Below, in pieces: positions 1 to 10,286 of a stretch of DNA of 52,908 nt; position 1 is the first letter of the stretch, and each line of letters starts with the position of its first letter. Both the position numbers and the translations under genes were made by a program. Below the pieces are notes generated by a model that was not told the DNA's origin, ran no database searches, and saw only the letters and a list, made by a program, of their open reading frames with translations. The stretch covers positions 1-52,908 of the forward strand of contig JBDRCU010000010.1 of the NCBI GenBank assembly GCA_043821485.1. Direction: 5' to 3'. This stretch comes from Parcubacteria group bacterium. GTDB taxonomy: Bacteria; Patescibacteriota; Minisyncoccia; 2-02-FULL-40-12; IGHO2-01-FULL-4-A.

Positions 1-104
1 GATACTTCACTACTAACTTGAGCCTCTTCAAGGTCAGGTGTTAAGTGATAACCTAATTCATAGGTTGTATGTGTATCCGAGGTTGTTTTTTCTGTATCTT
101 CCAT
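1..104 (-). CDS. rpsF: 30S ribosomal protein S6, 5' part (runs off the window edge)
   Basis: Hand translation of the reverse strand from ATG at 104: MEDTEKTTSDTHTTYELGYHLTPDLEEAQVSSEV; YELxYxLxPDL matches the S6 N-terminal motif. Not in the ORF track because it is truncated. Confidence 0.8.
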   Translation of the reverse strand, partial: MEDTEKTTSDTHTTYELGYHLTPDLEEAQVSSEV

Positions 105-240
105 AAGTTGGACTTTAGAATAACAAAGATGGGGATTAGAGTCAATCTAGTAGGACCATAGAGGGATATTGATAAATACCATATTTTAGTATCTCGTCAA
201 CCGTTTACAATTTCTCCCTATTTGATATAACCAAGATACT

Positions 241-621
241 ATGGACTTCAATAAACTAAAAGAATTTGCAAAAAAATTTGGCGGTGTTCTTGTGATGAAC
301 GGTAATGAACCTGATTTTGTCGTCATGGACTATAATAGATACCTTGAACTTGAGCGCGGTGCGAGTCATGGGAATAATGTAATTGACAAGGGAAACGATA
401 ATATAGATGCCGTATTCGAACAATTTGAGCCAGAGCATAGCGAGCCAGAGCATCACGAGCCAGCTGAACCTAAGCTTATAGCAGACACTCCGATGTTTGA
501 CCGAGGAAGTGAAGGTGATCAGGGTTTGATAGATAATCTGAATAAAGAGATTCAGGCTTTGAATGAAGAGATAAAGGACAGAGAGAAATCAAGCGGTATT
601 GCCAAGCCTGTGGAGGTCTAG
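241..621 (+). CDS. Hypothetical protein; N-terminus resembles a Phd/YefM-like segment, acidic linker, C-terminal coiled coil
   Basis: 126-aa ORF; VLVMNGNEPDFVVMDYNRYLEL resembles the Phd/YefM beta-hairpin-helix pattern; TGnTATAAC -10-like element upstream. Confidence 0.55.
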   Translation: MDFNKLKEFAKKFGGVLVMNGNEPDFVVMDYNRYLELERGASHGNNVIDKGNDNIDAVFEQFEPEHSEPEHHEPAEPKLIADTPMFDRGSEGDQGLIDNLNKEIQALNEEIKDREKSSGIAKPVEV

Positions 622-644
622 TCTCAGTATATCCCCTCAAACCC

Positions 645-672
645 TTGATTTCCAAATATTTTTTGCTATAAT
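645..672 (+). promoter_or_regulatory. Putative sigma70 promoter of tuf
   Basis: TTGATT (645-650), 16-nt spacer, extended TGcTATAAT (-10 at 667-672). Confidence 0.6.
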
Positions 673-751
673 ACTCTAACTTAATATTAAAGCATTAAAT
701 GCTGGGTTTTAGGCGCTTTCCAGGTGTCGTAACCAAGCAAAGCAAATTATT

Positions 752-1954
752 ATGGCAGAAAAATTTGAACGATCAAAACCGCACGTCAATGTCGGTACCA
801 TTGGACACGTCGACCATGGAAAGACAACGCTTACAGCGGCAATTTTACATGTTTTAGACTTAATGAAGGATGATGGTTATTCTTCTCGTGTTGAAGGAGT
901 AGACAGAATAGACAGCGCTCCAGAGGAAAGGCAAAGAGGTATTACTATTGCATTGCATCACTCTGAATACGAGACGCCAAATCGTCACTATGCTCACATC
1001 GACGCACCAGGACACGCAGACTATATTAAAAACATGATTACAGGTGCTGCGCAGATGGACGGAGCAGTACTCGTTGTTTCAGCACCAGACGGACCCATGC
1101 CTCAGACTCGTGAGCACATTTTGCTTGCACGTCAGGTTGGTGTTCCAGAAATTATTGTATTTCTAAACAAGATAGAGATGGTTGATGATGCAGAGCTCAT
1201 TGATCTTGTCGAAGCAGAAGTAAGAGAACTACTTACAAAGTATAAGTATGATGGCGATAATGCAGTTATTATTAAAGGATCAGCTTTGAAGGCACTTGAT
1301 ACAAAGAGTAAAGACGATGAAGCTGCAAAGCCGATTATAGAACTTGTTAATGCATTAGATACAAAGATTCCAGAGCCGGTAAGAGAAACTGACAAGCCAT
1401 TTCTTATGCCAGTTGAAGACATCTTCTCAATTGAAGGACGAGGTACAGTTGTAACAGGACGTATTGAGAGAGGTATCGTTAAAGTAAACGAGGAAATAGA
1501 AGTTGTAGGAATAAAGGATACAGTAAAGACTGTTGTTACTGGTATTGAGATGTTTAACAAGCAACTTGACGAAGGTATGGCAGGAGATAACGCTGGTATC
1601 CTACTTCGAGGCTTGAAGAAAGAAGACGTTTCTCGTGGTCAGGTTCTCGCACACGTAGGAAGCATTACCCCGCATACAGAATTTGAAGCAGAGGTATATG
1701 TCCTATCTAAAGAAGAAGGCGGACGACATACGCCATTCTTTAAAGGATACAAACCGCAATTCTATATGCGTACTACTGATGTAACAGGAGAGGTCACGCT
1801 TCCGGAAGGAACTGAAATGGTTATGCCTGGAGATACATCAACATTCAAGATTAAGCTCATTGCCCCTATTGCCATGGAAGAGAAGCAGAGATTTGCTATC
1901 AGAGAAGGAGGAAGAACCGTAGGAGCTGGAGTAGTAACCAAGATTATAGCGTAA
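752..1954 (+). CDS. tuf: Elongation factor Tu
   Basis: [27 protein letters not shown]-terminal [13 protein letters not shown]. Confidence 0.99.
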   Translation: MAEKFERSKPHVNVGTIGHVDHGKTTLTAAILHVLDLMKDDGYSSRVEGVDRIDSAPEERQRGITIALHHSEYETPNRHYAHIDAPGHADYIKNMITGAAQMDGAVLVVSAPDGPMPQTREHILLARQVGVPEIIVFLNKIEMVDDAELIDLVEAEVRELLTKYKYDGDNAVIIKGSALKALDTKSKDDEAAKPIIELVNALDTKIPEPVRETDKPFLMPVEDIFSIEGRGTVVTGRIERGIVKVNEEIEVVGIKDTVKTVVTGIEMFNKQLDEGMAGDNAGILLRGLKKEDVSRGQVLAHVGSITPHTEFEAEVYVLSKEEGGRHTPFFKGYKPQFYMRTTDVTGEVTLPEGTEMVMPGDTSTFKIKLIAPIAMEEKQRFAIREGGRTVGAGVVTKIIA

Positions 1955-1960
1955 AACATA

Positions 1961-2006
1961 TTTGCCCCCTCGCTTTTGAGTAAGCACTCAAAAGCGAGGG
2001 GGCAAA
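1961..2006. repeat. Perfect 21-bp inverted repeat between tuf and rpsJ
   Basis: tttgccccctcgcttttgagt-aagc-actcaaaagcgagggggcaaa. Confidence 0.9.
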
Positions 2007-2042
2007 ACCTTAGATAGTAGACAGTTAAACACTAGAAATAGT

Positions 2043-2378
2043 ATGCCAGTAAAGAAGCCTGTTAAAAACGAAAAAGCACAGAGAATCCGTATCAAGTTAA
2101 AAGGATATGATAACAAGATATTGGATAAATCTGCTAAGCAGATAGTGGATACTATTGAGAGAAATGGAGGCAAGGTAATCGGGCCGGTTCCGCTTCCAAC
2201 AGAGAAGCATAAATATACAGTTAATCGTTCCCCGTTCATTGACAAGAATTCCAGAGAACAGTTTGAGATGAGAATCCACAAAAGATTGGTGGATATTCCA
2301 AACTATAATCCCAAGCTTATAGATTCATTAATGAATTTGAATTTGCCGGCTGGAGTAGATATTGAGCTGAAAATGTAA
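2043..2378 (+). CDS. rpsJ: 30S ribosomal protein S10
   Basis: [37 protein letters not shown]. Confidence 0.98.
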   Translation: MPVKKPVKNEKAQRIRIKLKGYDNKILDKSAKQIVDTIERNGGKVIGPVPLPTEKHKYTVNRSPFIDKNSREQFEMRIHKRLVDIPNYNPKLIDSLMNLNLPAGVDIELKM

Positions 2379-2540
2379 GGTAATAGATGCGACTATCTTA
2401 AGGATAATTACATTTGTTACTTTATGATTAAAATCATAACAATTAATTAAGTAACAACAGGATGTAGCCCCGACGATCCCGGTCGGAACTGACAGATGTC
2501 AGAATGTTTTTTACCGGCTATGTCCGGTCTTTGTTTTTTT

Positions 2541-3161
2541 ATGGCATTCATTCTAGGCAGAAAAATCGGAATGACGCAGATATACAAGGAAGATGGAACC
2601 GTTGTACCAGTAACGGTTATTGATGCTGGTCCGATGACAGTCGTACAAATTAAGAATGAGGAAGTTGACGGATACGATGCAATTCAATTCGGATCCGGTA
2701 ATGCTAAGAAAATGTTAATGCCTCAAAGAGGCCACGCAAAAGCATCAAAATCAGAACCGAAAGTTTTGCGAGAATTACGAATAGAAGATGCATCTGAAGA
2801 TATGAAAAATTTGAAGGTTGGAGACAAGATGGATATTTCTGCTTTTGCAGAAGGAGATAAGGTAAAAATATCGGGCATTTCAAAAGGAAAAGGATTTCAA
2901 GGAGTTGTTAAGAGACATAATTTTGCAGGTGCCCCTGCCAGTCATGGACATAAAAGTGTTTTGCGTCATGGAGGTTCAACTGGTCAGAGATTTCCCCAGC
3001 ATACGCTTAAGGGTCTTCGCATGGCAGGAAGAATGGGCAATGTAAATAGATCTGTACGAGGACTTGAGGTTATAGCGGTTAACAAGGAAGAGGATACCTT
3101 AGCAGTAAAAGGTGCAGTACCCGGACGCAAAGGAACATTGTTAGTTATTCGTAGTATTTAA
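2541..3161 (+). CDS. rplC: 50S ribosomal protein L3
   Basis: GRKIGMTQ, SKGKGFQGVVKRHNF, MAGRMG, KGAVPG; start set to ATG 2541 (MAFILGRK). Confidence 0.97.
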   Translation: MAFILGRKIGMTQIYKEDGTVVPVTVIDAGPMTVVQIKNEEVDGYDAIQFGSGNAKKMLMPQRGHAKASKSEPKVLRELRIEDASEDMKNLKVGDKMDISAFAEGDKVKISGISKGKGFQGVVKRHNFAGAPASHGHKSVLRHGGSTGQRFPQHTLKGLRMAGRMGNVNRSVRGLEVIAVNKEEDTLAVKGAVPGRKGTLLVIRSI

Positions 3162-3162
3162 T

Positions 3163-3810
3163 ATGGAAACCAAGCTATACAATCAGGAAGGGAAAGAAGT
3201 CGGATTAGTTGATTTGCCTGATGAAATTTTTGCAGTGCCTGCAAATGACGTTTTGATGCATCAGGTTGTGGTTTCACAAGCATCCAATCAAAGAAGTCCT
3301 ATTGCGCATACAAAAGGACGCGCAGAACAGCATGGAGGCGGACGCAAGCCATGGAGGCAGAAAGGAACAGGACGAGCAAGACATTCTTCGATAAGATCTC
3401 CTTTGTGGAAGGGCGGAGCAGTAACATTCGGCCCAACCAAGGATCGTAATTTTACAAAAAAGATAACAAAGAGTATGCGCCGTAAAGCATTGCTGATTGC
3501 GCTTTCATCCAAGGTAGCAGACAGCCAATATATTGTTGTAGATCAGATTAGATTCGAAAATGCAAAGACTAAGGAAATGCTTGGAGCATTAGAACGCATG
3601 GCAGTTAATTTTAAAGATTACAAAGACAAGGATACAGTATTGGTAGTTACCCCAAAGAAAAACAGAAGCGTTGAAACAGCATCTAACAATGTTAAAAGAA
3701 TTAATACGCTGCCGGCAAATAGTTTGAATGCAAGAGAGATATTATCAAAGAAGTTTTTGATATTAACAAAAGATTCAATTGGTATTATTGAAAGAACATT
3801 TAAAGTTTAA
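3163..3810 (+). CDS. rplD: 50S ribosomal protein L4
   Basis: GGGRKPWRQKGTGRARHSSIRSPLWKGG. Confidence 0.98.
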   Translation: METKLYNQEGKEVGLVDLPDEIFAVPANDVLMHQVVVSQASNQRSPIAHTKGRAEQHGGGRKPWRQKGTGRARHSSIRSPLWKGGAVTFGPTKDRNFTKKITKSMRRKALLIALSSKVADSQYIVVDQIRFENAKTKEMLGALERMAVNFKDYKDKDTVLVVTPKKNRSVETASNNVKRINTLPANSLNAREILSKKFLILTKDSIGIIERTFKV

Positions 3811-3811
3811 T

Positions 3812-4222
3812 ATGGGATTATTCAGCAAAAAAAAGGATAAAGGCGATAAGAGGAAAGAAGATGTAAAACCTACACCTAAGGATGATATTGTTGAGACTGA
3901 AGGTGAAGTTGAGAGAAAAGTTGAATTGCCTAAGATTGATGACGAAAGAGTTTATCAGATGATACTTGGTCCGCATGTTACTGAGAAGGCGTCATTTCTA
4001 GCAGCTGATAGAAAATATGTATTCCGCGTACATCCTAGTGCGAACAAGATACAGATTAAAGAATCAATCCAGAAGCTATACAAGGTAGATGTCACTGGTG
4101 TTCAGATTATAAACATTCCAGCCAAGCAAAGAAGAATGGGACGAAGAGTTGGATACAGAAGTGGATACAAGAAGGCTATAGTTACATTAAAGGAAGGTAG
4201 TCAAATAGACTTAGTTGCATAA
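3812..4222 (+). CDS. rplW: 50S ribosomal protein L23 with charged N-terminal extension
   Basis: PHVTEKA, ANKIQIKESIQKLY, YKKAIVTL; start set to ATG 3812. Confidence 0.95.
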   Translation: MGLFSKKKDKGDKRKEDVKPTPKDDIVETEGEVERKVELPKIDDERVYQMILGPHVTEKASFLAADRKYVFRVHPSANKIQIKESIQKLYKVDVTGVQIINIPAKQRRMGRRVGYRSGYKKAIVTLKEGSQIDLVA

Positions 4223-4223
4223 T

Positions 4224-5066
4224 ATGGCAAAGAAATACAAACCAACAACTCCAAGCAGACGACACATGATGGGATATGATTTCTCCAATCTTTCTAAGGT
4301 GGGGCCATTGAAGAGTCTAACAAAAGGAATGAAGAAAGTAGCTGGGAGGAATAATAAAGGGCGTATTACAACACGTCATCAGGGGGCTGGAGTTAAGCAG
4401 GCATATAGAATAATTGATTTTAAACAGGATAAACTGGATATACCAGCAAAGGTCTATTCTATAGAATACGATCCGAATCGAACTGCACGTATTGCGCGTC
4501 TTCATTACAAAGATGGAGCAAAAAGATATATCCTTGCGCCAGACGGATTAAAAGAGGGAGATATGGTAATAACTTCGGAGAAGACTAAGCTGGAACCAGG
4601 CAATAGGATGAAGCTGAAGAATATTCCGCAGGGTACAATGATACATAATCTTGAAGCTAAACCAGGGCGTGGAGGTCAGGTAATTCGTTCAGCAGGAATG
4701 GGAGCAACAGTTCTTGCGCATGATGGCAAGCACGTTCAGGTGACACTGCCGTCTTCAGAAGTTCGCAAATTTAGTGAAGATTCAATGGCTTCAATAGGGC
4801 AACTGTCCAATGCAGAGCACAGTTCTATAGTAATAGGAAAAGCAGGAAGATCACGATGGTTGGGTAAGCGTCCTGCAGTACGAGGTTCTGCAATGAATCC
4901 AGTCGACCATCCGCATGGCGGAGGCGAGGGAAGACAGGGAATAGGCTTGCGACGCGGTCCAAAAACTCCATGGGGCAAGCAGGCGCGAGGAGTTAAGACC
5001 AGACGCCCAAAGAATAAGTCAAACAAGTTCATAATTAGAAGGCGTAAAAAGAAAACTAGAAAATAA
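4224..5066 (+). CDS. rplB: 50S ribosomal protein L2
   Basis: IEYDPNR, VRGSAMNPVDHPHGGGEG; start set to ATG 4224. Confidence 0.98.
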   Translation: MAKKYKPTTPSRRHMMGYDFSNLSKVGPLKSLTKGMKKVAGRNNKGRITTRHQGAGVKQAYRIIDFKQDKLDIPAKVYSIEYDPNRTARIARLHYKDGAKRYILAPDGLKEGDMVITSEKTKLEPGNRMKLKNIPQGTMIHNLEAKPGRGGQVIRSAGMGATVLAHDGKHVQVTLPSSEVRKFSEDSMASIGQLSNAEHSSIVIGKAGRSRWLGKRPAVRGSAMNPVDHPHGGGEGRQGIGLRRGPKTPWGKQARGVKTRRPKNKSNKFIIRRRKKKTRK

Positions 5067-5075
5067 TAATCTACT

Positions 5076-5417
5076 ATGTCACGATCACTTAAAAAAGGAG
5101 CATTTGTCGATCCCAAGTTGCTTAAGAAATTAAGCAAGCTTCAAGCCGGAGACCCGACTATTATTAAGACATGGTCGCGTTCATCTACTATTATTCCTGA
5201 AATGGTTAGCTTTACATTTGGAGTACACAATGGCAGGCTCCACATTCCTATAAAAGTTACAGAAGATATGGTAGGCCACAGACTGGGTGAATTTGCTCCA
5301 ACAAGAACATTTAGGCGTCATGGAGGTAAAATGCAGAAAGAACTTGAAACAGCAGCTAAGCAAAGAGAGATAGATGCATCCAAGGCAGCAAAAGTTGAAG
5401 TTGAAAAGAAAAAATAA
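5076..5417 (+). CDS. rpsS: 30S ribosomal protein S19
   Basis: [26 protein letters not shown]. Confidence 0.98.
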   Translation: MSRSLKKGAFVDPKLLKKLSKLQAGDPTIIKTWSRSSTIIPEMVSFTFGVHNGRLHIPIKVTEDMVGHRLGEFAPTRTFRRHGGKMQKELETAAKQREIDASKAAKVEVEKKK

Positions 5418-5431
5418 ATATTAAATAAATC

Positions 5432-5947
5432 ATGCAAATCCAGGCAAAACTAAGTTATCTGCGAATCGCCCCACGGAAAGTGAGACTGGTTTCAAATTTA
5501 CTAAGAGGCATGGAGTATGAAGAGGCGCGTGAACATTTAATGCACTTGCCTAAACGCTCATCACATCCTATTCTGAAACTCATTGATTCAGTAGCTGCAA
5601 ATGCGCAAAATAATAAAGGGTTAGTTAAAAGCAATCTGTATATTAAAGAAATTCGCGTAGATGAAGGTCCTATACTGAAGAGATATAAGGCAAAAGGATT
5701 TGGATCAACAATGCCGATTGCAAAACGCACTTCTCATGTATTAGTAATTTTGGAAGAGCGTGTCGCTGGTTTGAAAGCAGAGTCGGGAAAGAAGCGCAAA
5801 GAAGAGGTTAAGGAAGTAGAAAAGGAAGTAGAAAAGAAAGAAGAAGTTATTGCTTCTAAAGAAAAGCATGAAGTAAAGAAAGAGATAGGGAAAAAAGGTT
5901 CGGGATTTAGTAATTTGAAGAGATTATTTAGACGTAAATCAATTTAA
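5432..5947 (+). CDS. rplV: 50S ribosomal protein L22 with K/E-rich C-terminal tail
   Basis: RIAPRKVRLV, VDEGP, KRTSH. Confidence 0.97.
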   Translation: MQIQAKLSYLRIAPRKVRLVSNLLRGMEYEEAREHLMHLPKRSSHPILKLIDSVAANAQNNKGLVKSNLYIKEIRVDEGPILKRYKAKGFGSTMPIAKRTSHVLVILEERVAGLKAESGKKRKEEVKEVEKEVEKKEEVIASKEKHEVKKEIGKKGSGFSNLKRLFRRKSI

Positions 5948-5957
5948 TAAGACTAAT

Positions 5958-6593
5958 ATGGGTCAGAAAATATCACCAACATCATTTAGACTTAGCATAA
6001 ACAAGGATTGGAAATCCCGCTGGTTTACCACGAAGAAATATCATGATTTTCTTATGGAAGATGTTGCTATTCGCGGATTGCTCGATAAGAAACTTCGTGG
6101 AATGAGCGTTCACCGTATTGAGATAGAGCGAAGCCCGGATATTTTGAATATAATCATATCCACGGCACGTCCAGGTTTGATAATCGGACGATCAGGATCA
6201 GGAGCAGAAGAACTGAAAAAAGAAGTCGCAAAACTTGTTAAGCGCAAGACTGCATTAAAGCTTGAAGTCCAGGAATACAAGAATCCGGAAACATCGGCAT
6301 CAATCATGGCTGAATCCATTGCAGAACAATTGGAGAAAAGAATGCCATACAGGCGCGTGATGAAACAAATTATGACAAAGATTTTGGCGAATAAAGGAAT
6401 TAAAGGTGCAAAGATAAATATTGCGGGAAGATTGAACGGTGCAGTAATAGCCAGAACAGAACATATAGAACAAGGAAGTCTACCGCTTCAAACATTGAGA
6501 GCAAATATTGATTTTAGGAAGGCAACAGCGCATACAACGTTTGGAACAATAGGAGTTAAGGTTTGGATATATAAGGGAATGAAATACGAATAA
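5958..6593 (+). CDS. rpsC: 30S ribosomal protein S3
   Basis: MGQKISP, ARPGLIIG, PLQTLRANID, GTIGVKVWI. Confidence 0.98.
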   Translation: MGQKISPTSFRLSINKDWKSRWFTTKKYHDFLMEDVAIRGLLDKKLRGMSVHRIEIERSPDILNIIISTARPGLIIGRSGSGAEELKKEVAKLVKRKTALKLEVQEYKNPETSASIMAESIAEQLEKRMPYRRVMKQIMTKILANKGIKGAKINIAGRLNGAVIARTEHIEQGSLPLQTLRANIDFRKATAHTTFGTIGVKVWIYKGMKYE

Positions 6594-6594
6594 T

Positions 6595-6999
6595 ATGTTA
6601 CAGCCAAAGAAAATACAACACAGAAAGATGCATAAGAATAAGAAAAAACGCAAAGCAGGGCGCGGACATTCTTTGAGCTTTGGTTCGTATGGTTTGAAAA
6701 GTCTTGAGCCGGCATGGATTACATCTGCACAGATTGAATCAGCAAGACGTACAGTTGCGCGAGCAGTGCAAAGAGGAGGAAAGCTATGGATAAGAATATT
6801 TCCGGATCAGCCTCGCACTAAGAAAGGCGCAGAAGTTGGAATGGGCGGAGGAGCAGGATCACTGGATCATTTTGTTGCGCCAATTGGAGCAGGCAGAATG
6901 TTGTTTGAGATAGACGGTGTGACAGAAGAACTTGCACGCAATGCTTTTCGTCTGGCTACACATAAGTTGCCCGTAAAGACTAAGTTTATTAAGAAATAA
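6595..6999 (+). CDS. rplP: 50S ribosomal protein L16
   Basis: MLQPK, QIESAR, WIRIFPD, KLPVKT. Confidence 0.97.
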   Translation: MLQPKKIQHRKMHKNKKKRKAGRGHSLSFGSYGLKSLEPAWITSAQIESARRTVARAVQRGGKLWIRIFPDQPRTKKGAEVGMGGGAGSLDHFVAPIGAGRMLFEIDGVTEELARNAFRLATHKLPVKTKFIKK

Positions 7000-7215
7000 A
7001 TGAAATACATTGATTTACAAAGGAAGAGTATGGATGAATTACAAACTATTCTTAAGGATACAAGGGTTCAGCTCGGACATTTACAATTTGAGCTTGCAAA
7101 CAAGGCATTGAAGGATACAAGTAAATTAAGAAAAGCAAAAATGGATATTGCTCAAATTATGACAGCATTGAATAGAAAAGTGACTGAGCAAATGACCGAA
7201 ACCAAAGAAGCATAA
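7000..7215 (+). CDS. rpmC: 50S ribosomal protein L29
   Basis: 71 aa, helical, DIAQIMT motif, position between rplP and rpsQ. Confidence 0.92.
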   Translation: MKYIDLQRKSMDELQTILKDTRVQLGHLQFELANKALKDTSKLRKAKMDIAQIMTALNRKVTEQMTETKEA

Positions 7216-7235
7216 GATTTAATAATAGAAATAAC

Positions 7236-7508
7236 ATGGAAGACACAAATAAAAAAAGAAAAATGACAGGAATAGTATTGTCAGATAAGATGGACAAGAC
7301 TGTTGTTGTTGCAGTAACACGCTTGAAGAAGCATCCAAAGTATAAGAAATACTACAAGTCTACCCGTAAGTTCAAAGCACATGATCCAGAAGATATGTAT
7401 AAAAAGGGAGATAAAGTTGTGATAGAAGAGGCGCGTCCATTATCTAAGACAAAGAGATGGGCTGTAGTTAATAAAATTGTAAATAAAGATAAAGAAATAA
7501 ACGAATAA
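7236..7508 (+). CDS. rpsQ: 30S ribosomal protein S17
   Basis: [25 protein letters not shown]. Confidence 0.98.
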   Translation: MEDTNKKRKMTGIVLSDKMDKTVVVAVTRLKKHPKYKKYYKSTRKFKAHDPEDMYKKGDKVVIEEARPLSKTKRWAVVNKIVNKDKEINE

Positions 7509-7509
7509 T

Positions 7510-7875
7510 ATGATACAGTCAGAATCAATATTAAAAGTAGCAGATAATACCGGAGCCAAAAAAGTTGGCGTAATTAGAATTTTGGGAGCTACGCGCAGAA
7601 GATATGCTCAGATTGGAGATATAATGGTAGTCTCTGTAAAAGAAGCAGAACCACGCAAACAGGTTAAAAAGAAGGATATTGTAAAGGCAGTAATAGTACG
7701 CCAGCGCAATAATTATAGAAGAAAAGATGGCAGCTATATCCGTTTTGATGAGAATGCAGTTGTTATTCTTGAAGGTAAAGAACCAAGAGGGGGTCGAATA
7801 TTCGGTCCTATCCCACGAGAGATCAAAGAAAGAGGATTCGATACAATAGCAAGCTTAGCCCCAGAAGTCATATAA
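7510..7875 (+). CDS. rplN: 50S ribosomal protein L14
   Basis: [26 protein letters not shown]. Confidence 0.98.
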   Translation: MIQSESILKVADNTGAKKVGVIRILGATRRRYAQIGDIMVVSVKEAEPRKQVKKKDIVKAVIVRQRNNYRRKDGSYIRFDENAVVILEGKEPRGGRIFGPIPREIKERGFDTIASLAPEVI

Positions 7876-7876
7876 T

Positions 7877-8197
7877 ATGAATATTAAAACAGGAGACAAT
7901 GTAATAATGTTGCAAGGCAAAGACCGCGGTAAAAAGGGGAAAGTTTTGAATGTTTTGCCACAGACCAAATCAGGATCTGCGCCCCGTATTATTGTAGAAG
8001 GACTTAATACGATTAAGCGCCATCAGAAAGCACGTAAGCAGGGGCAAAAGGGCCAGATAGTTGAGCGTGAGCGTGCAGTGAACATTTCAATCGCTCAGGT
8101 TATTTGTCCTAAGTGCGATAAGCCTTCAAGAGTCGGACATAAGAAGGATGGCAAGAAGAAATTACGTATTTGTAAAAAATGTAATGCAGAATTCTAA
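7877..8197 (+). CDS. rplX: 50S ribosomal protein L24
   Basis: KOW motif GDNVIMLQGKDRGKKGKV; CPKC...CKKC. Confidence 0.97.
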   Translation: MNIKTGDNVIMLQGKDRGKKGKVLNVLPQTKSGSAPRIIVEGLNTIKRHQKARKQGQKGQIVERERAVNISIAQVICPKCDKPSRVGHKKDGKKKLRICKKCNAEF

Positions 8198-8198
8198 T

Positions 8199-8753
8199 AT
8201 GACACCAAGACTTTACGAAAAATATAAAAAAGAAGTGATACCTGCAATGGTTTTAAAGTTTGGTTATGCTAGTGTTATGGCAGTTCCTAAGATTAGTAAG
8301 GTAACTGTAAATATTGGCGTAGGAAGATTCATAAAAGAAAAGAAAATACTTGAACACATAGAAAAAGATCTGGCTACGCTTACAGGGCAAAAGCCTTCTG
8401 TTAGAAAGGCGCGTAAATCAATTGCAGGGTTTAAGGTTAGAGAAGGAATGCCAGTAGGATATATGGCGACCTTGCGGGGGGCTCGTATGTATGATTTTAT
8501 AGATAGACTAATTTCGATAGCATTGCCAAGGTCTAGAGATTTTAGAGGGATTGAGTCTAAGAATATTGATGCTCAAGGCAGTCTAAATCTTGGGGTACGC
8601 GAGCATAGTATATTTCCGGAGATTTCATATGAATCTCTAAAAGATATTTTCAGCTTGCAGATCAATGTAACGACAACAGCGAAGACCCGCGGCGAAGGAC
8701 TGGAACTTCTTAAATTAATGGGATTTCCGATCAGGGAGCCCGAAGAAAAATAA
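8199..8753 (+). CDS. rplE: 50S ribosomal protein L5
   Basis: TGQKP, ARKSIAGFKVREG, LPRSRDFRG; start set to ATG 8199. Confidence 0.97.
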   Translation: MTPRLYEKYKKEVIPAMVLKFGYASVMAVPKISKVTVNIGVGRFIKEKKILEHIEKDLATLTGQKPSVRKARKSIAGFKVREGMPVGYMATLRGARMYDFIDRLISIALPRSRDFRGIESKNIDAQGSLNLGVREHSIFPEISYESLKDIFSLQINVTTTAKTRGEGLELLKLMGFPIREPEEK

Positions 8754-8754
8754 T

Positions 8755-8940
8755 ATGGCAAGGAAATCAACAATAGCAAAGGCAAAAAGAAAACCAAAGT
8801 ATTCAAGCAGAATAGTTCGACGTTGTTTCATGTGCGGTCGTAAGTTCGGATATATGAGAAAATTTGGTCTTTGTAGAATTCATTTTAGAGAGCTTGCAAG
8901 TGAAGGCTTGCTCCCTGGAATACAAAAATCAAGCTGGTAA
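8755..8940 (+). CDS. rpsN: 30S ribosomal protein S14, short (type Z) form
   Basis: 61 aa; RCFMCGR...GLCRIHFRE...PGIQKSSW. Confidence 0.96.
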   Translation: MARKSTIAKAKRKPKYSSRIVRRCFMCGRKFGYMRKFGLCRIHFRELASEGLLPGIQKSSW

Positions 8941-8958
8941 TTTAATTTAACAAATATC

Positions 8959-9357
8959 ATGAGTCCAATAGCAAATATGCTGACAATCTTAAAGAATGCA
9001 CAAGCAGTAGGAATAGAATCCGTAGCTGTTCCTTTTTCGCGTGTTAAATTCGATATTGCCAATGTATTGCAGGAAAAAGGTCTCATAAAATCAGTTGAGA
9101 AAAAGAAACGCAAAGGAAAGAAGGTTGAGCATGACTTTTTGCATATAGTATTGATGTATAATGATGGCGTTGGAGTAATTAATGGAATCAAGTTAATGTC
9201 TAAGCCATCACGAAGACTGTATGTTAAGAAAGGAGAACTTCATAAAGTAAGACAGGGATATGGAATAGCTATTGTGAGTACCTCTAAAGGAATCATGGAA
9301 GGCAATAATGCTAAGAAAGCAGGAGTTGGCGGAGAAATAATTTTTGAAATTTGGTAA
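8959..9357 (+). CDS. rpsH: 30S ribosomal protein S8
   Basis: PIANMLT, SKPSRRLY, STSKG, GVGGE. Confidence 0.97.
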   Translation: MSPIANMLTILKNAQAVGIESVAVPFSRVKFDIANVLQEKGLIKSVEKKKRKGKKVEHDFLHIVLMYNDGVGVINGIKLMSKPSRRLYVKKGELHKVRQGYGIAIVSTSKGIMEGNNAKKAGVGGEIIFEIW

Positions 9358-9366
9358 TAAATATAT

Positions 9367-9909
9367 ATGAGTAAGATAGGCAAACAACCAATAATAATAC
9401 CGAGCGGCGTCACAGTAACAGTTGGCGAGAATTCTATTACAGTTAAAGGTCCGAAAGGAGAACTTGTGCGGGATATCGTCCCGAATGTTGTAGTTGAGGT
9501 AGAAGGCGAAAGTGTGATCGTAAAGCCAAAGGACGGAGATATAAAACATTCTGCTTTTTGGGGGCTTATGCGTGCACTCATTGCAAATATGGTTGAAGGA
9601 GTAGTAAGTGGTTTTGAAAAAATACTTGAATTCACTGGCGTGGGATACAAAGCAATCGTTCAGGGAGATAATCTTGAGCTTAGTCTCGGATTTTCACATA
9701 CAATTAATGTAAAAGCACCGCAAGGCATAACATTTGAATCAGATAAGAGCAGTATTACAATACGAGGTATAGATAAAGAAGCTGTAGGTCAAATAGCTGC
9801 AGAAATAAGGTCATATCGCAAGCCAGAGCCATATAAAGGAAAAGGTATAAGATATAAGGGTGAGCATATTAGGCGTAAAGTAGGCAAGAAGGCAGCAGGT
9901 ACTGCATAA
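9367..9909 (+). CDS. rplF: 50S ribosomal protein L6
   Basis: MSKIGKQPI, GPKGEL, GVGY, PEPYKGKGIRY. Confidence 0.98.
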   Translation: MSKIGKQPIIIPSGVTVTVGENSITVKGPKGELVRDIVPNVVVEVEGESVIVKPKDGDIKHSAFWGLMRALIANMVEGVVSGFEKILEFTGVGYKAIVQGDNLELSLGFSHTINVKAPQGITFESDKSSITIRGIDKEAVGQIAAEIRSYRKPEPYKGKGIRYKGEHIRRKVGKKAAGTA

Positions 9910-9913
9910 AAAT

Positions 9914-10282
9914 ATGAAACAGACTAAACGAATAAAAAGATTAATAAGGCATAGAAGGGTAAGAGCCAAAATAACAGGGACAAAAGATCGTCCAAGAATT
10001 TGCGTATCCAGAAGCAATAGATATATGAGTGCGCAGATAATAGATGATTCTACAGGTAAGACTCTCGCAAGTACGCATGATATTCCTGCATCTAAAGATA
10101 ATAAGCGTCTAAAAGTAAAAGGAAATAAGTCAGAGCGAGCTAAGGAGGTTGGTGTTAATCTAGCAGAAGCTGCAAAAAAATTAGGAATTAAGAAAGTAGT
10201 GTTTGATAAAGGAGGACATAAATATCATGGCCGAGTCAAAGAGCTTGCAGAAGGATTAAGATCTGGCGGATTAGAATTTTAA
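9914..10282 (+). CDS. rplR: 50S ribosomal protein L18
   Basis: RPRICVSRSN, AQIIDD, VVFDKGGHKYHGRV. Confidence 0.97.
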   Translation: MKQTKRIKRLIRHRRVRAKITGTKDRPRICVSRSNRYMSAQIIDDSTGKTLASTHDIPASKDNKRLKVKGNKSERAKEVGVNLAEAAKKLGIKKVVFDKGGHKYHGRVKELAEGLRSGGLEF

Positions 10283-10286
10283 TATT

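Noticed and set aside
427-470. Short GAGCCAGAGCAT tandem repeat
   Set aside because: Encodes a low-complexity EPEH linker in the 241-621 ORF; no sign of independent function.
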